Shown here: positions 38,833 to 52,299 of the stretch, piece after piece | Position numbering within the stretch: the stretch's first letter is position 1 | Layout of the letters: every line of letters begins with the position of its first letter | Assembly: GCA_025201805.1 (NCBI GenBank) | Contig: MU619249.1 | Span: forward strand, 1-64,000 | Direction of reading: 5' to 3' | Length of the DNA: 64,000 bases | Source: Parasitella parasitica NRRL 2501 | Lineage: Eukaryota; Fungi; Mucoromycota | Notes under the pieces: model-generated | What the model was told of the DNA's origin: nothing | Databases searched by the model: none | The model's input: only the letters and a program-made list of their open reading frames with translations | Position numbers and translations under genes: made by a program

Positions 38833-38852
38833 ATGGTTGCCATGGCAACCAT
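38833..38852. promoter_or_regulatory. Perfect RFX X-box (GTTGCCATGGCAAC) inside a 20-bp perfect palindrome
   Basis: ATGGTTGCCATGGCAACCAT, about 225 bp upstream of the PARP ATG; matches the optimal RFX/Crt1 site. Confidence 0.65.
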
Positions 38853-39076
38853 ATTGAACTACCGTTTTTTTTTTGATCCGCAGTTTAGAAATCACAATTT
38901 CAGGAACACCAAATGTGTATAATTTAGCATTGTTGTACAATCCATAAAAATAAGCATTCTAATCTGATGAAAACTGCGAACAAAAAAAAAAAAAAAGACT
39001 ATATAAAGATAGGCGATTTTCATTAAATCATTTCTTCCCTCAAATACTCGAGTTTTTTTCTTAATAAAAAAAAAAA

Positions 39077-42000
39077 ATGACTACATCAACACCACCATCT
39101 TCAATTGCTACTGCTATTGCTACTCGAAAGAGCACCCGAATTTCCATGTCTCAAGACAATATGATGAAAAAGGTATGTGATCCTCTTTCAAAACGAGGCA
39201 TGTGATAATTATATATTGACTGTTAACAAACTAATATGAAAAAGATTACTAAGAAAACCAACAAAGCCAAAAAAATCAGTAAAAATATCAAGAAAGTCGT
39301 GGGTCCTTCCAATGATCGTGTCAAAATTCAAATCAAGGGGATCCGTGATTTTAAAAAAAAATTAGTGCGTACTGGGGTTAGGGATTTAAGATATTTGATA
39401 ATTTAACACAACATATACTACAGGATTTGACCATGTATCTGGTTAGCCGTGAAGGGTATACATATGATACTTGGGTGATCGAAAGTGCAATTGCAAATCT
39501 TGATGTTGTAGTAGCTTATCAACAAAAGGTTCATGCGGAATCTGGCTATTCTATTGTTGAATCTGATAACATCAATATCAATAAGTCAAATCCATTCGAG
39601 AATCGAGAGCAAGAGACTGATTTAAGCAGTAAAAGGTTATCTCGCACTTCGAAAACTCGAGCAGTCATGGCATTGAGGCAACCTGATTTTATGGATGAAG
39701 ATGATCAGCATGACTTTCGGGGTAAAAAGCGCAAATCTGCCGCTGACAAGGATGTGCCGTCTGCTACTGTTTCTGCCAATGGTGAAAAGAAACGTTCTCA
39801 GGTCAAAGGGGCTGGAAGAAAAACCAAGGCTCAGGCTTTAATAGAGAAGCAATTGCAAGATCGATTGGAAAGGAAGAGGGATAGAGAGAATAGAGATGGT
39901 GAATCTATAATTCGATCCATGGATCATGTTGAGGGAAAAGATTGCTGCTTGAAATGTGCTTCTAGCACCTATCGTCGATTGCTGGAAAAGGGTGATTTGG
40001 AGGGATTCAAAAGGTGCTTTGAAGATGTTCGTAACATTCCTAGCCATTCTCAAGAAGATGCACCGAACGGCCTTAGTTTGATTCCTTACGCCATTATTCT
40101 GGAGAAGTTCGATTTTGCTGAATTCGCAACCAAGTTTAAACCTGCTTCCGATGACCTCCGCCCTGAAGTTCCTACCAAGTATGTTGTTTATGATGACAAT
40201 ACTGGTCATAACAGAGGGGGAGGGTTTTATGGCAACCGTAACTTTAGGTATGTAAAATTACATAGGGAAAATGATGCAAATTAGAATCGCAAAATTGATT
40301 AGACCGATATGCATAGACAAGTTCAGGAATCTAGAGGAAACCGCTTGGGTAATTCAGCATTTTACGGAAAGAGCGCTGGTTCTTTGCCTAGAAAAACTTA
40401 TATGAATGTTGAAGATATGATGGAGCAAGCTGGTATCAGCACTTACATGCCTTTTATCAATAAGGATATTTTCAAGAAGAATGAGGTTATCAATAACTTT
40501 TTGAATATTGAGGAAACTGGGTCAGTCAAAGTTTATTTTGTGGTCGCCTCTGGGAGTAGAACATTAGCTAGCAAATTGCTTGATCATAATATTGAATCTT
40601 CTGGTCGAAACACTTTTAATCACCTTCATCAAGAAGTCCTCAAGGTATGGGGGGGGAGGTTATGTTGTGTGTCGAGATTAATGTTGCTAAACAACATTAC
40701 ATTATAGTTGGATGGTACTCAAGCGCTGACTAGCTACAGAAGACCTCAAATACTCAAGATGGCATCCGATGCTTGCAATATAACGCCGTATCATTGTGCC
40801 GCTATTCATTGCTCTGCTACGTATCTTGCTGAATTTTTTGAAGCTCTTGATCAAGCAGAACGCCTACAAACAGACACGTATGGTCGAAATGTCGCTTTCT
40901 TTGCTGCTGTCAGCGATACCACAGATTGTCTTGAATTCCTCATTTCCAAGCATTTTAACGTAACCATGCATGACAAATTTAAAATGACGCCTCTTATACA
41001 GGCTGCTCGTTACGGAAAAAGTGCCAATGTACAAGTCTTGATCAACCACCAGAAAGGCGATGAAGTCGAAACACCCACGGCCATCTTCCAATCCATGCTA
41101 CGTAATAGAAGAACTGCTCTACATTATGCTGCTTACTTTGGCCACGCGGAAACTTGTAAAGTTCTGATCCAGAACAATTGCCCGGTTGATGTAATCGAGA
41201 ACCTTGACAAACAAACGCCATTACACTATGCCGCCAAGAATGGTTATTTGGATTGTGTTTATGTGCTCGTTGAAGAAGGCCATGCAAATCCTGAAAAGAG
41301 CGACAAATTCGGGAGAAATCCTTTACATTTAGCTTGTATCTATGGCCACATTGAAATTGTCTACTATCTCTTGTCTATCGGTGTCGATGCTGATGCTCCT
41401 GATAGTTCCCAAAACTACCCAACCCATTATGCTGCTGCTTATGGCTATATGGACATCTTGCACCTTCTAATTAAATATGGATCAGCTAATCCTGCTTTGC
41501 CAAATGTGTGGACGAGCACTCCTTGTTCAGTTGCTAATATGAAGGGGCATGTTGCCATTGTCAAGTATCTTCTCCGGTTGCCTGGGAATCTAATTGACGT
41601 CAACTTCAAGGACCAAGAGGGTAGTATCATGCTTCAACGCACTATTGATGAATCAGTCGCTTCAAATATGGACATGGAATTGAACCTAAATAAAGCAAAA
41701 CTACTGCTTTCAATGAATGCGGATGTGAATAGCAAAAATATTGAAGGTATGATATCTCATTATAACAAACTATACAATTTATTTACTCTTTTACAATATC
41801 AGGCTCTACTTCTCTTCATTGTTTAGCTGCAAATACCACATATATCAGATTACTTCCAAAGGGCTATAGGTCTATCTACCCCGAGAAAAAACAAGGCTAT
41901 GGCTATCATGCTATGCGCAGTGCCCAAAGCCATCCAAAAGATGATATGGATGGTGTCAAGTATCAACTGGATATGGCCAAGCTATTGATTGATTACGGGG

Positions 42001-45000
42001 CTGATTTGGATGCTAAAAATCATAAAAACGAAACGCCTCTCAGCACTGCAATGCGCAACAAGAACCATTCTCTTGTTGCAACCTTGATTAAAGCAGGTTC
42101 AAAATTTTGGCTCGATACAGATGAAGAAGGCAACAATTTTTTTCATTATTTTGCCGCGCTAGCAGCTCGTGTCAACTCTATGCGTCCTCATGGCTTTGTA
42201 GAAAATGAAATGAAGAGACAAAGATTTGTTGATGCTATCGAAAACATCTGGCAAGCTGTTCAAACTGTAGTTGAAGAGAAGAAGCTTGCTTTTGAAGATA
42301 TTGTAAGTTGTAGCATGTATTAAGCCGTTAATCAGTAATCTAAAAATAATGATGGTTTTGACAGGTCAATAAGCCCAACGATAAAGGATATCCCTTCTTT
42401 GTCTGGGGCGTTTGCAACGCGATTTCTTGTGAAAAGGCCTTGATGATATCTGAAAAGAGACTGGTTTCTTGCGCACTTGCATCAAAGAACAAGAACAGTG
42501 GTTCGTTTGGATATTATTCTTCAAATAATAATATTACTTGGGTCCCAAGCCTCAGGATTGATGAACATAACGAAGTTATGGATTTCGATTTTCGCTTTGA
42601 CTTTGCATTTTTTGTAGGTTTATTTTGCATTTATATATCATTGTTATACGTGCTCATCGAAAATCCAGATTAATTGTATGCAAAAGCTCTTGTCTATTAG
42701 CAAGTCCAATCTAGACCAGCAAGTTGTGCTTCCAAAGGACTTCAAAAAGGAAAAGCCAGATGCAAAGAGAGCCGAATATCCAACATCGACGGGCTACAGC
42801 GCACTTCATTTCGGTAATGTTTTGAGCCTCAAAATCCAATGAACTTTTTATTAACGCTCTCCATACAAAGCTTGCCAAACTCAATGCACCGATTTGATTG
42901 AATTTGTACTGTATCATGGGGCTTCTCCTAATGCAAGAGCCACAATAGACGATTGGCATGGTGATACACCAATGTTGATGGCCTGTCATATCAAACAAGA
43001 CCAGAATCAAGAACTTCCTGACAAAAGTCTTGAGACTATGGAAAAACTGAGCAAGAAGTTTACCATTATCAAGCCTGATTTTGAAATGATGCTCCACGAA
43101 ACCATACAACTTTTATTGAGGTATAGGGCGTGTCCTTTCATTGTCAATGCAGACAAGATCTCTCCTTTGTTCAAAATTGCATCTAGCCTAAATGCACCCA
43201 TTGTGAAACTCATGTGCGACGCCACGCCATCGTATGGAACTGATATCAACATCAAGAACGAAAGAAACAAAAATGTATTCATTGTTGCTTTGGATCCTAT
43301 CATTAACAGCATTGAAGCAAAGAAGAAGGCTGATATTTCTGTAGTTCAATCTCTTTTGCTGAAGAATGCAGATCCGAATACTCTGTATGATGATGGAGAC
43401 ACTGCATTTATTAAAGCAGTTAAAACATCCCATCTTCCTTTGGTCAGTGCTTTTCTGGGGAACTCTGTGTTTCCAATTGACCACAATTGTCAAAACAAGA
43501 GTAAGTAGAAACCCATCCAGCTAGGTGAAATAGCGCACTCACAAACACCATGTATTAGATCACCAAACCGCTCTGAGTATTGCTTGTGAGTTGAACGACA
43601 AGGATATTCTGGCAACCTATTTAGCATACCTGAAGGACAAGACGGTGTCTGTCAAAGCAACCATCAATACTTTCGATTCTAAAGGGTGCACGGCTCTTTC
43701 TTACACTTGCAAGAATGGAAATGCCGCAGCCATTACTGCTCTATTGCACAATCTAGGCGCCGATCCCAACTTGTACAAGTCTCAGCACGCTCCCCTTTGT
43801 GAAGCTGTAAAAAGTGGCGACATTGAGTCTGTAAAGAGTCTCCTGGATTATGGCGTTGAGCTGAATCAGTACGATGAAAACCGCAACACTCCCTTACACA
43901 ATGCTGTGCTTGTAGAAAAGCATCGAATTGTAGATCTTCTGCTCGCGCACTCTGCTGATTGCCATCTTGTCAATGCTAAACAACAAACGCCACTTCATTT
44001 AGCTGTCGATGTAGCCAAGAAGCAGACCAACCGTTCTTTCCGAGTTGAACGAAGCTTGATCAGAATGGGTGCAGACATCAATGCCATTGACTTCTTGGGT
44101 AAGTATAGTTGGTAGCGTATCTTCTCAACAAGCGAATCTCTGACTCTTGCCCACAGATCGTACTCCACTTCATTATGTGTTTGTCGAGAGCAACACGATT
44201 CCTCTTACTCGTGATACAACCCTTTTGCAAAAAAAAGTCAAGCTGATCTGTCAGGAAATTCAAGAAGAAAAGGACAAGCAAGACAGCTTGGCCTCTTATG
44301 CCTCTCAGTTTGATCTCAATGAACACCCAAGTAATCACAGCATGGCTCAGCTTAATACTTGGTTGAAAGATGCAAAATTGATCCAAATCAACCACCAGTG
44401 CAAAGAGAAAAAGAGATCAGACGGTACAGACCAGGAATTACAAATGACAAATCAAGAAAAGGATAAGATCAGAGCATATCATACTTATGAATGGGAAACA
44501 GAGGCCGGAATACCAGACCGTTTTGACCCTATCGATATCTTCAAGTTCCTTTCATCGTATGAAGATCTGAAGTATGATCAAATGGATCAATTTGGCAGAA
44601 CACCACTTCATTACGCTGCCTGTGTCGGCGCTTTTAGTTGCTCTACCTTATTGATTGCAAAAGGGATTGATATGAATGCAGTAGATAGTGACAAAGTAGG
44701 TAATCAACTTGCAGCTAGTATATAGCTTCATTAACTTTGTTTTACCGGATTATAGAATAATGCGCTGAAACTAGCTTTGCGCAACAACTATATAGATTAT
44801 TCTGTCATGCTGTACAATCTCGGTGCATCTGTCAAAATAAACATGACTTTGAGGAATGGATCGACAATCTCTACTTTAGGTTACAGTCTGTCAAAATCAC
44901 TGATCAATATTTCTTACTTGATTATGGAAAACGGGTGTCTTCTGATTGGTAATGCTATGCTTCTTGACTTGTAATGTAATACTAATCAGCCTTTGATAGA

Positions 45001-48000
45001 ATCTATAAGAGATGCTTTACAAAACGGCAAATTCCAAATGGCAGAGCTATTATTGAATTCTATTGACGACAAGATGCTGTGTGAATCAACCACTGATTCA
45101 GGTCTAAATATGTGGCATATTCTCGCTGACTTCAAGCCGTTCGCTAGAGACATATGGCAAGACTACATTGATGAATTCGTCTCTAGAGTCAAGAATGCAA
45201 ACCCTCCCTTTATCAAGGACAACTATAATAGAACGCCTTTGCATTACGCTGCCAAGCATGGACAAGACTTGCTTCTCCAAAGATTCATTCAAATTAATGA
45301 TATTGGTCTCAATGTCAATGACGTGGAAGGAAAATCAGAGCTTGATTATGCAGTTGAAGCTTGTCAAATTGATTGTGTGAAGGTTCTTACATACATACAG
45401 TCAGATCTTCGATGGCCTGTATTAACTTGACCACTGTTTTCATGTAGATTCTTTTGGATGCAGGCGCCAGTGTCATCAAATGTCTCACATTGCCAAGAAG
45501 CCATAAATCGATACTCTTACAAGCTGTGGAGAAACAAGAATACGATATCGCTAAATTACTTCTGGATCAAACTGCACTGACTGACGACGGAGACAGTGCA
45601 AATGGAAGGCCAACCTGCATCATGATGGCTTGCCAACAAAAGGACCTCAAGATGCTGCAACTTCTTGTCGATTATCGTGCTAATCCAAATACCCCTTGTT
45701 ATATTGAACGTCTGGGTAAACACGGAAAGGCTTATCAAGTGCTTGTACATCCTATTTTCATTGCATCTCAACTATCAGATGAACGTTTTTTGGAGGTTTG
45801 TAGTTTTCATGCTTTAATTTGGGTATTACTCAACCTTTTTTTTTTTTTTTTTTNNNNNNNNNNGATATAGACTCTCTTGAAGGCTGGTGCAGACCCGAAT
45901 GTGTATGGACCTACATCAGAGCCAGAAAAAGGACAATCATGCTTCATGTATAATGTCGCTCTCAAGCACACTAAGCACCAGGAGGTAATAAAATGCCATC
46001 ATTAATTGACAAGGCAAACACATTCTAAACCCTCTTCTTTTATTGGTTTTAGATGCTACTAAAATACAATGTTGATTTGAACAGTGTCGATCCTACTACA
46101 AAACGATCCATCTTTTACCAGTTTTTCTTTGACATCATGGCCACCCAATCTTCCAACTATATCCGTCAAATGTCTCCAGACCTTGGTTTTGATACGGTCA
46201 TCTACGAAAAGATGCTTCAAATGACACTAAATGGTTCGCAAGTGAATCATGTTGATTCTTTCACAAATATGACACCTCTAGAATTTGCAATTCGCGACAA
46301 GAAGCCTCTGCTAGTAAATGTAAGTTCGTTCATTTATATGTACATACATCCAACATTAAACTGACATAACACAAAGCGTCTTTTATCGTTTGGAGCCAAC
46401 CCCAATATTGAAAGTTGCGCCAGTTCAAAAAATACATCTTTTGCACATGTTGCAAATCCTCGAGGCATCAAATTACCTGGCATCTTGCATGCAATTATGC
46501 AAAACAACACAGAAATTTTGGCTCTTATTTTCAGCCAGACCAAACATGCAATCAACATAGAATGGCAAGATGATGAAGGCAACAATATTCTGTCATTCAC
46601 AGCAGGCACAATTAGCGGTTATTCTCATTGCAATAGTATGATTATGGATCAGGTTTTTGGTCAAATGTCAAAAACTATCTTCGAGAAGTTACTACGCTTA
46701 AAGAATTTTCAAGGTGAAAAGCCTAAATTCGCTTGTATTAAATACATTGTTATTTACTGTCTATTGATTTAGGAATATCGCCCATTCTTTATGCTTACCA
46801 TAGACAAGACAAGACATTGTACAATATGTTGGTCACAAAGGATAATTCTGCTGCTGTTTATGCCCAGAAGAACTATAAAAAAGAGGTTTTCCCTCAGGGT
46901 AGCAGCTGCTCACCTATGGATGTTGATCACATATCTCTTGTTCAAGTCGACCATGATGCACAAATCGAGCGTGAAAAGCTTCAAAGATTAAAAGATTTGG
47001 AAAAAGCTCAAGACCAGTCAACCAAAGCCACGAAAGAGGATGAAAAATTCAAGGTAGATCCTTATGCCAAGCTGAGCAAAGTTGGTACCCTTGCATTAAA
47101 CGAAGCCGGTCAGCCCTATGATATTATGTTAATGAAGGTCGAGTTGAACAGCTGGGGATCCAATACCGATACAACGTAAGCATATAGCACTAGTCATATT
47201 GATGCATCAACTAACACGACATTCATATCAGATTCTATAAAATGAGCATCATTCTCAATAAAGTGTTGAATATATATATATTATGGACTCGTTGGGGACC
47301 GTTTGGATCCGAAGGACAGCATCAAAAGACACCCTTCTTGACCAAAGAAGAAGCCGTTACTGAATTCAAATCCATCTTCAAGGCAAAAACTGGAAATGAG
47401 TGGGATAATCATGAAATATCCTTTGAAACAAAACCAAATCGCTATGAGCCCATGAAGATATCGCATCATCCAAAGGACACTATCATCAAAAACTTTGATT
47501 TCTTGGAAACTTCTGTGCGTTCCGAGCTGTCAAGTGAAATTTTTGATGCCATGAGGTTGGTTTGCAATTACACATACTTGTCAAGAGTCTATTCTGCCAC
47601 GGAAATCGATATGCCGCTTGGTCAAGTACCTCAGGAACGAATTGAAAGTGCCCGCGCCTTGTTGAATGAGACGTCTGAGCTGATTAAAACTTATAATGAA
47701 CTCAAGCAATGCTATACTGACAAGGCGAAAATACAAGAATCAAAAGGTATGCTTGTTGATTTTCATGGGAAGTTTGTCTTACATTAATCATTATACATGT
47801 AGTTTATGCATTCAAAATTGCCCGAAAGTGTGTTGCGTACTCTCGTCTTCTTCCCCGTTGTGGGGAGGAAAACAAGGCCATTCGATCCCTTTACAACCAC
47901 AGTAACAACGCCATTTCCATTGAACTCAGTAAGCTTGCTGATTTAAGCTATGTTGGATTTGCTGCCAATGTCATGTTGGCAGCAAAGCATCATATTGAAA

Positions 48001-49542
48001 CGACCAACCCACTTGACTATGCTTTCCGTTCGCTCGTTTGTTCTCTAAGGCCAATGTCTTACCTCAATGACTTGAATGAATATCAGCTAATCTCCAAGTA
48101 CATGAATTCTACTTCAAAGTCGAAGTTCGAACTAGTGCACCTTTTTGCAGTCAACCGAGCTAACGAAGAAGAAAGATTCCGTCCTTACGCAAAATCGGAC
48201 AATCGTAAATTGCTATGGCATGGATCTCGAATTGGTAACTTTATGGGTATCCTCAAGCAAGGCCTTCGAGTGACTCCTCGCACTACTAGCGCAAATGTAA
48301 GTTATATATGAATGCTTTTCGTACTAAATCATATATAAATACTAAAATACTGAATGCATTGATATTGAATAGGGAGCTTTATTGGGCTATGGTGTTTATT
48401 TTGCAGATACATTCTCAAAGTCTTTGAATTATTCTACAGAGGATTTTGGAAATCAAAGATCTGCTTACAAATTGATGCTGTTGTGTGAGGTTGCATTAGG
48501 CACTGAAAGGCTTAATGGCGATAAATCTGTACAATCTAATCAACCGTTTGACTCTAAAAAGGGTCAAGGAATGAATATCCCTGATCCTGAGAATGCTGTG
48601 TACGATGAAACCGGTGTAAGTATACATAATGTCAGCATTGAAAAACAAAACACCAACATGTTACATTAGCTTTGTATACCTATTGGTCCTTGTATTCCAT
48701 TCGTGCAACCTACGTCTACTGAAAATGGTTCGTTTACCCCTACAATGAACCTCAATTTTAATGAATGGGCAGTTTTCAACGAAGATCGCATCAAGATTCG
48801 TTATCTTTTGATCATAAAAGAAACAAGCAGCTGTTCCTTGTGCTTTACTCCTAATATCCAGAAGCGGTTATTAAAGCCCTATGTTGATCAGAAAATTAAA
48901 GACTATGACTATGGAGACTTTAATAGTTATGAAGCTGAAATTGTCAAGGCATATCTCACACATACAAATAAGACTCCTCAAGACATTTATATGGAGGATA
49001 TAGAGAATTTTATGGAGGCAAAAGGCTACAGTAAGTATTAAACTTACTACACGCATCTCTTAACTAAATGAATACGTATAATGATAGAAGATAAATGGAA
49101 TATACCATTAGATCTACAAAAAGACAGTAAAATATGTTGTGCGTGCGCAAAGAAAATCACTACAATGCTTTTAGATCGAAGAATATCATGCAATAGTTGT
49201 TCAGACCCAAATATTGGTAGGTTATCTGTGCTGCACATCCTAGATAAAAAAAAAAGCATCACCTCATCGTCTTATCGCATAGATAAACTTAATAAGAAGC
49301 CTAGATGTAAATATGGAAAAGATTGTCGAACTCAAGCCAACGTTACTCATGCTTCAAAATACAAGCATTGGTTTAAGAGAAACGTCGCCGATGATCCTAA
49401 TTTTATGGCAGACAGTAGTGAACTAGACGATGATGACTATAAACCCGAGAATAACGATAAAACAGATGATGAGAATGAAAATGAAGACGATGACCATATG
49501 GAAACAGATACCGAAGATTCAATGGAAATTGATGAAGATTAA
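39077..49542 (+). CDS. Giant ankyrin-repeat poly(ADP-ribose) polymerase (chromo-like, ANK array, WGR, PARP_reg, PARP catalytic, CHFR-like CRD, PBZ, acidic tail); more than 20 introns
   Basis: Consecutive same-strand exons flanked by GT-AG introns. Many TPLHYAA/TALHYAA ankyrin motifs, LWTRWGPFG..FKAKTGNEW, DMPLGQV, NPLDY, LLWHGS, GYGVYFAD..SKSLNY, MLLCEVALG, NEWAVF..IRYLL and CKYGKDCRTQANVTHASKYKH. Confidence 0.9.
45854..45863. other. Assembly gap (10 N) inside a PARP intron
   Basis: N run after poly(T), just before the acceptor GATATAG. Confidence 0.99.
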
Positions 49543-49792
49543 AAGCCTTTTATGCAAGATTATACTATGAATAAACCTGATTTTAAATCTATTTATACTA
49601 CTTCTCAAGTATTTTATGGCACAAAAATTCATTGAATGCAATGTTGATGATCTCAGTCTCATCCCCTTCATGTTTTCAGCATACCTTGTAATTCCTTGAT
49701 CTGTCAAAATCTCATCGTGACTGTGGCAAAGGGATGTATGTTTAGTGCAAAGTTTGGGATGCTTGTTTCTTGTCTCTTTACACATTCAGCAC

Positions 49793-51416
49793 ATGTTCCC
49801 TCGTCAGCTACTTCGTTCACTGAAGACAAATTATGGTATGCAATGCCATAGCACAATAAAAGACCATACTTTTTCAGGGGAATTTCTCATACAAAATCCT
49901 TAATCAGGTGTGCTATCATATAGTTTGCCAATTACGAGATCTTTTCATATTTCGAGAGCCAGCCTAGTGAAAGCTGCTGATAAGCCCAAAGTCAATGGTA
50001 AATTTGAATAATAATTTACATTATACTGTCTAATATTTTTTTTTTCTTGAATCCAAAGACGTCTCCAAAACAAATGAGCATGACCACAGAGCAATCGGTA
50101 AAGCACAATCGTTGTTCATGATTCACCCCGTTAGCCCCGGCTCCATTTTCATGTTACCTCATGGTACTCGCATTGTACATAAACTTCAAGATTTTTTGAG
50201 GACAGAATATGCTAGATATGGTTATGATGAAGTGATGACACCTTTAATTTATAAAAAAGAATTGTGGGAGACAAGCGGCCATTGGCAAAACTACATGGAA
50301 GATATGTTTATGGTAAAGAGTGGACGTGAACAAGTATGCACTCACGAACATGACCATGATGGCGATCAATCAATTGACACAGAAGAAGGACTCTTTGGCT
50401 TAAAACCAATGAATTGCCCTGGACATTGTTTAATTTTTGACAGCACCCCTAAATCATACCGTGATCTACCAATTCGATTGGCCGATTTTAGCCCACTGCA
50501 CAGGTATGTCACCTAAGATATTCCTATTATAAGTTTTTTGACTTATTTTAATATAAGAAACGAAGCATCGGGTGCTTTGACAGGTTTAACCAGAGTGCGA
50601 AGGTTCCACCAGGACGATGCTCATATTTTTTGTGCTGAAAAGCAGATTGAAAATGAAATTACATCCTGCCTGTCCTTTGTTGATCGAGTATACAAAGCAT
50701 TTAAATTCCCTCACTACGATCTGACTCTTTCTACTCGCCCAGAATCACAGTATATTGGATCAATAGAAGAGTGGGATCATGCTGAGGAAGCACTAAAACA
50801 AGCCCTGAATAGCACAGGTCGTTCTTGGTCTGTCAAGGAAGGCGATGGCGCATTTTATGGCCCTAAGATTGATATCATGGTCAAGGATTCCAGTGGTAAA
50901 TCTCATCAAACTGCAACAATTCAATTGGATTTTCAATTGCCTGGAAGATTTGGATTAAATTATGTTGACGAGAATGATGTATCGCAAACGCCTGTCATTG
51001 TACATCGTGCTATTCTTGGTTCCATCGAACGTATGATGGCAATTCTGATTGAACACACTGGTGGTAAATGGCCATTCTGGCTGAGTCCTCGTCAAGGTGT
51101 TGTCATTCCTGTTTCTACTCAATTTGCTGACTATGCCAAAATTGTGGCACAATCATTATCTTTGGGCCATAATCAAGAATCCAGCGCTTCTCATGATCAT
51201 TATTACGTGGATGTAGATTCTTCTCCTCGCGATAGACTCAACAAGATGATACGTCAAGCCCAACTTCAACAATACAACTTTATCTTTGTTGTTGGGCAAA
51301 AGGAAATGGATGAAGGGACTGTAAATGTAAGAACTCGCAAGGGTGAAGTTTTGGGCGCAATGAGTGTTGAACAAGTCCGTGAAATGTTTGCTTCCATGAC
51401 TAAGAAATTAGAGTAG
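49793..51416 (+). CDS. MST1: Mitochondrial threonyl-tRNA synthetase (no editing domain), multi-exon
   Basis: Presequence-like MFPRQLLRSLK, DHRAIG, LWETSGHW, LKPMNCPGHC, HRNEASGALTGLTRVRRFHQDDAH, GAFYGPKID and HRAILGSIER. Confidence 0.92.
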
Positions 51417-52299
51417 CTGTATGTATATTTGATAATAAATGTAATTTTAAAAAAGGTACATGTTGTTGGCTCCATGTAAACAGTTCTCTTGTATTTGCTG
51501 GCTGTCAAAGATTGAAAAGTTCAAGTATTACACCATTTTGAAAATGTTAGATACAGGGCTGTCCGATATATACCTCATTTAAACCAGATAACTCTATTTA
51601 AAAAGCTATGCGCAAAACAAGTTTTTAATCTACTAGTATTTTCAAACTCTGGATCAACGCAACAACCAAACTCATGCAACCATGCATTTCAACGCATCTG
51701 CAGTCTAAAATTTTATTCAGTATAATATGCGATTCATCCCAAATCGTACGTACTACAGTCATCATATGCCTCTCACTGAAGCACATAAATACCCTCAATT
51801 TCGCATTCTCGATATTGAGCAGCTTCATGTAAAAACGAATCTGATACAATGATCAAGAAGAGCATATGCATTCACAACAGCGAATGTTGACTAATCAAAT
51901 ATCAACTACTACACTTTACGTTGGAGCCGAACTCATGTTCACATATAGTATGTATAATAATTTAGGCATATTCAAGCCAATAATTTGTGGACGTATGAAG
52001 CTGAGGATGGGAAAGAAAAAGATAATCAAAGGCTAAAAGATAAAAGCATCAATAAGACTACAAAAAGCTCCAAGTATTTCTCTCTGGTACTTGCAGCTCT
52101 GCGCCAACTTTTAAAGACAAGGAAATAACAGTTTGGATTCTTTAAAGCAGATCCAAAATGGAGTATCTGGTCCGGAGTTTCAAGCATTACGATGCTTACA
52201 AAACGACTACTGTAATGGTATTCTTCTCTTTCTCTCTTTCTCTCTTTTCCTTTTTTCTTCTAACTTTAATTTATTAACATCAATAAAAACACTCAATCA

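Noticed and set aside
39077-49542. Calling the gene tankyrase (TNKS)
   Set aside because: No SAM domain was recognised, and WGR plus PARP_reg are present, which true tankyrases lack.
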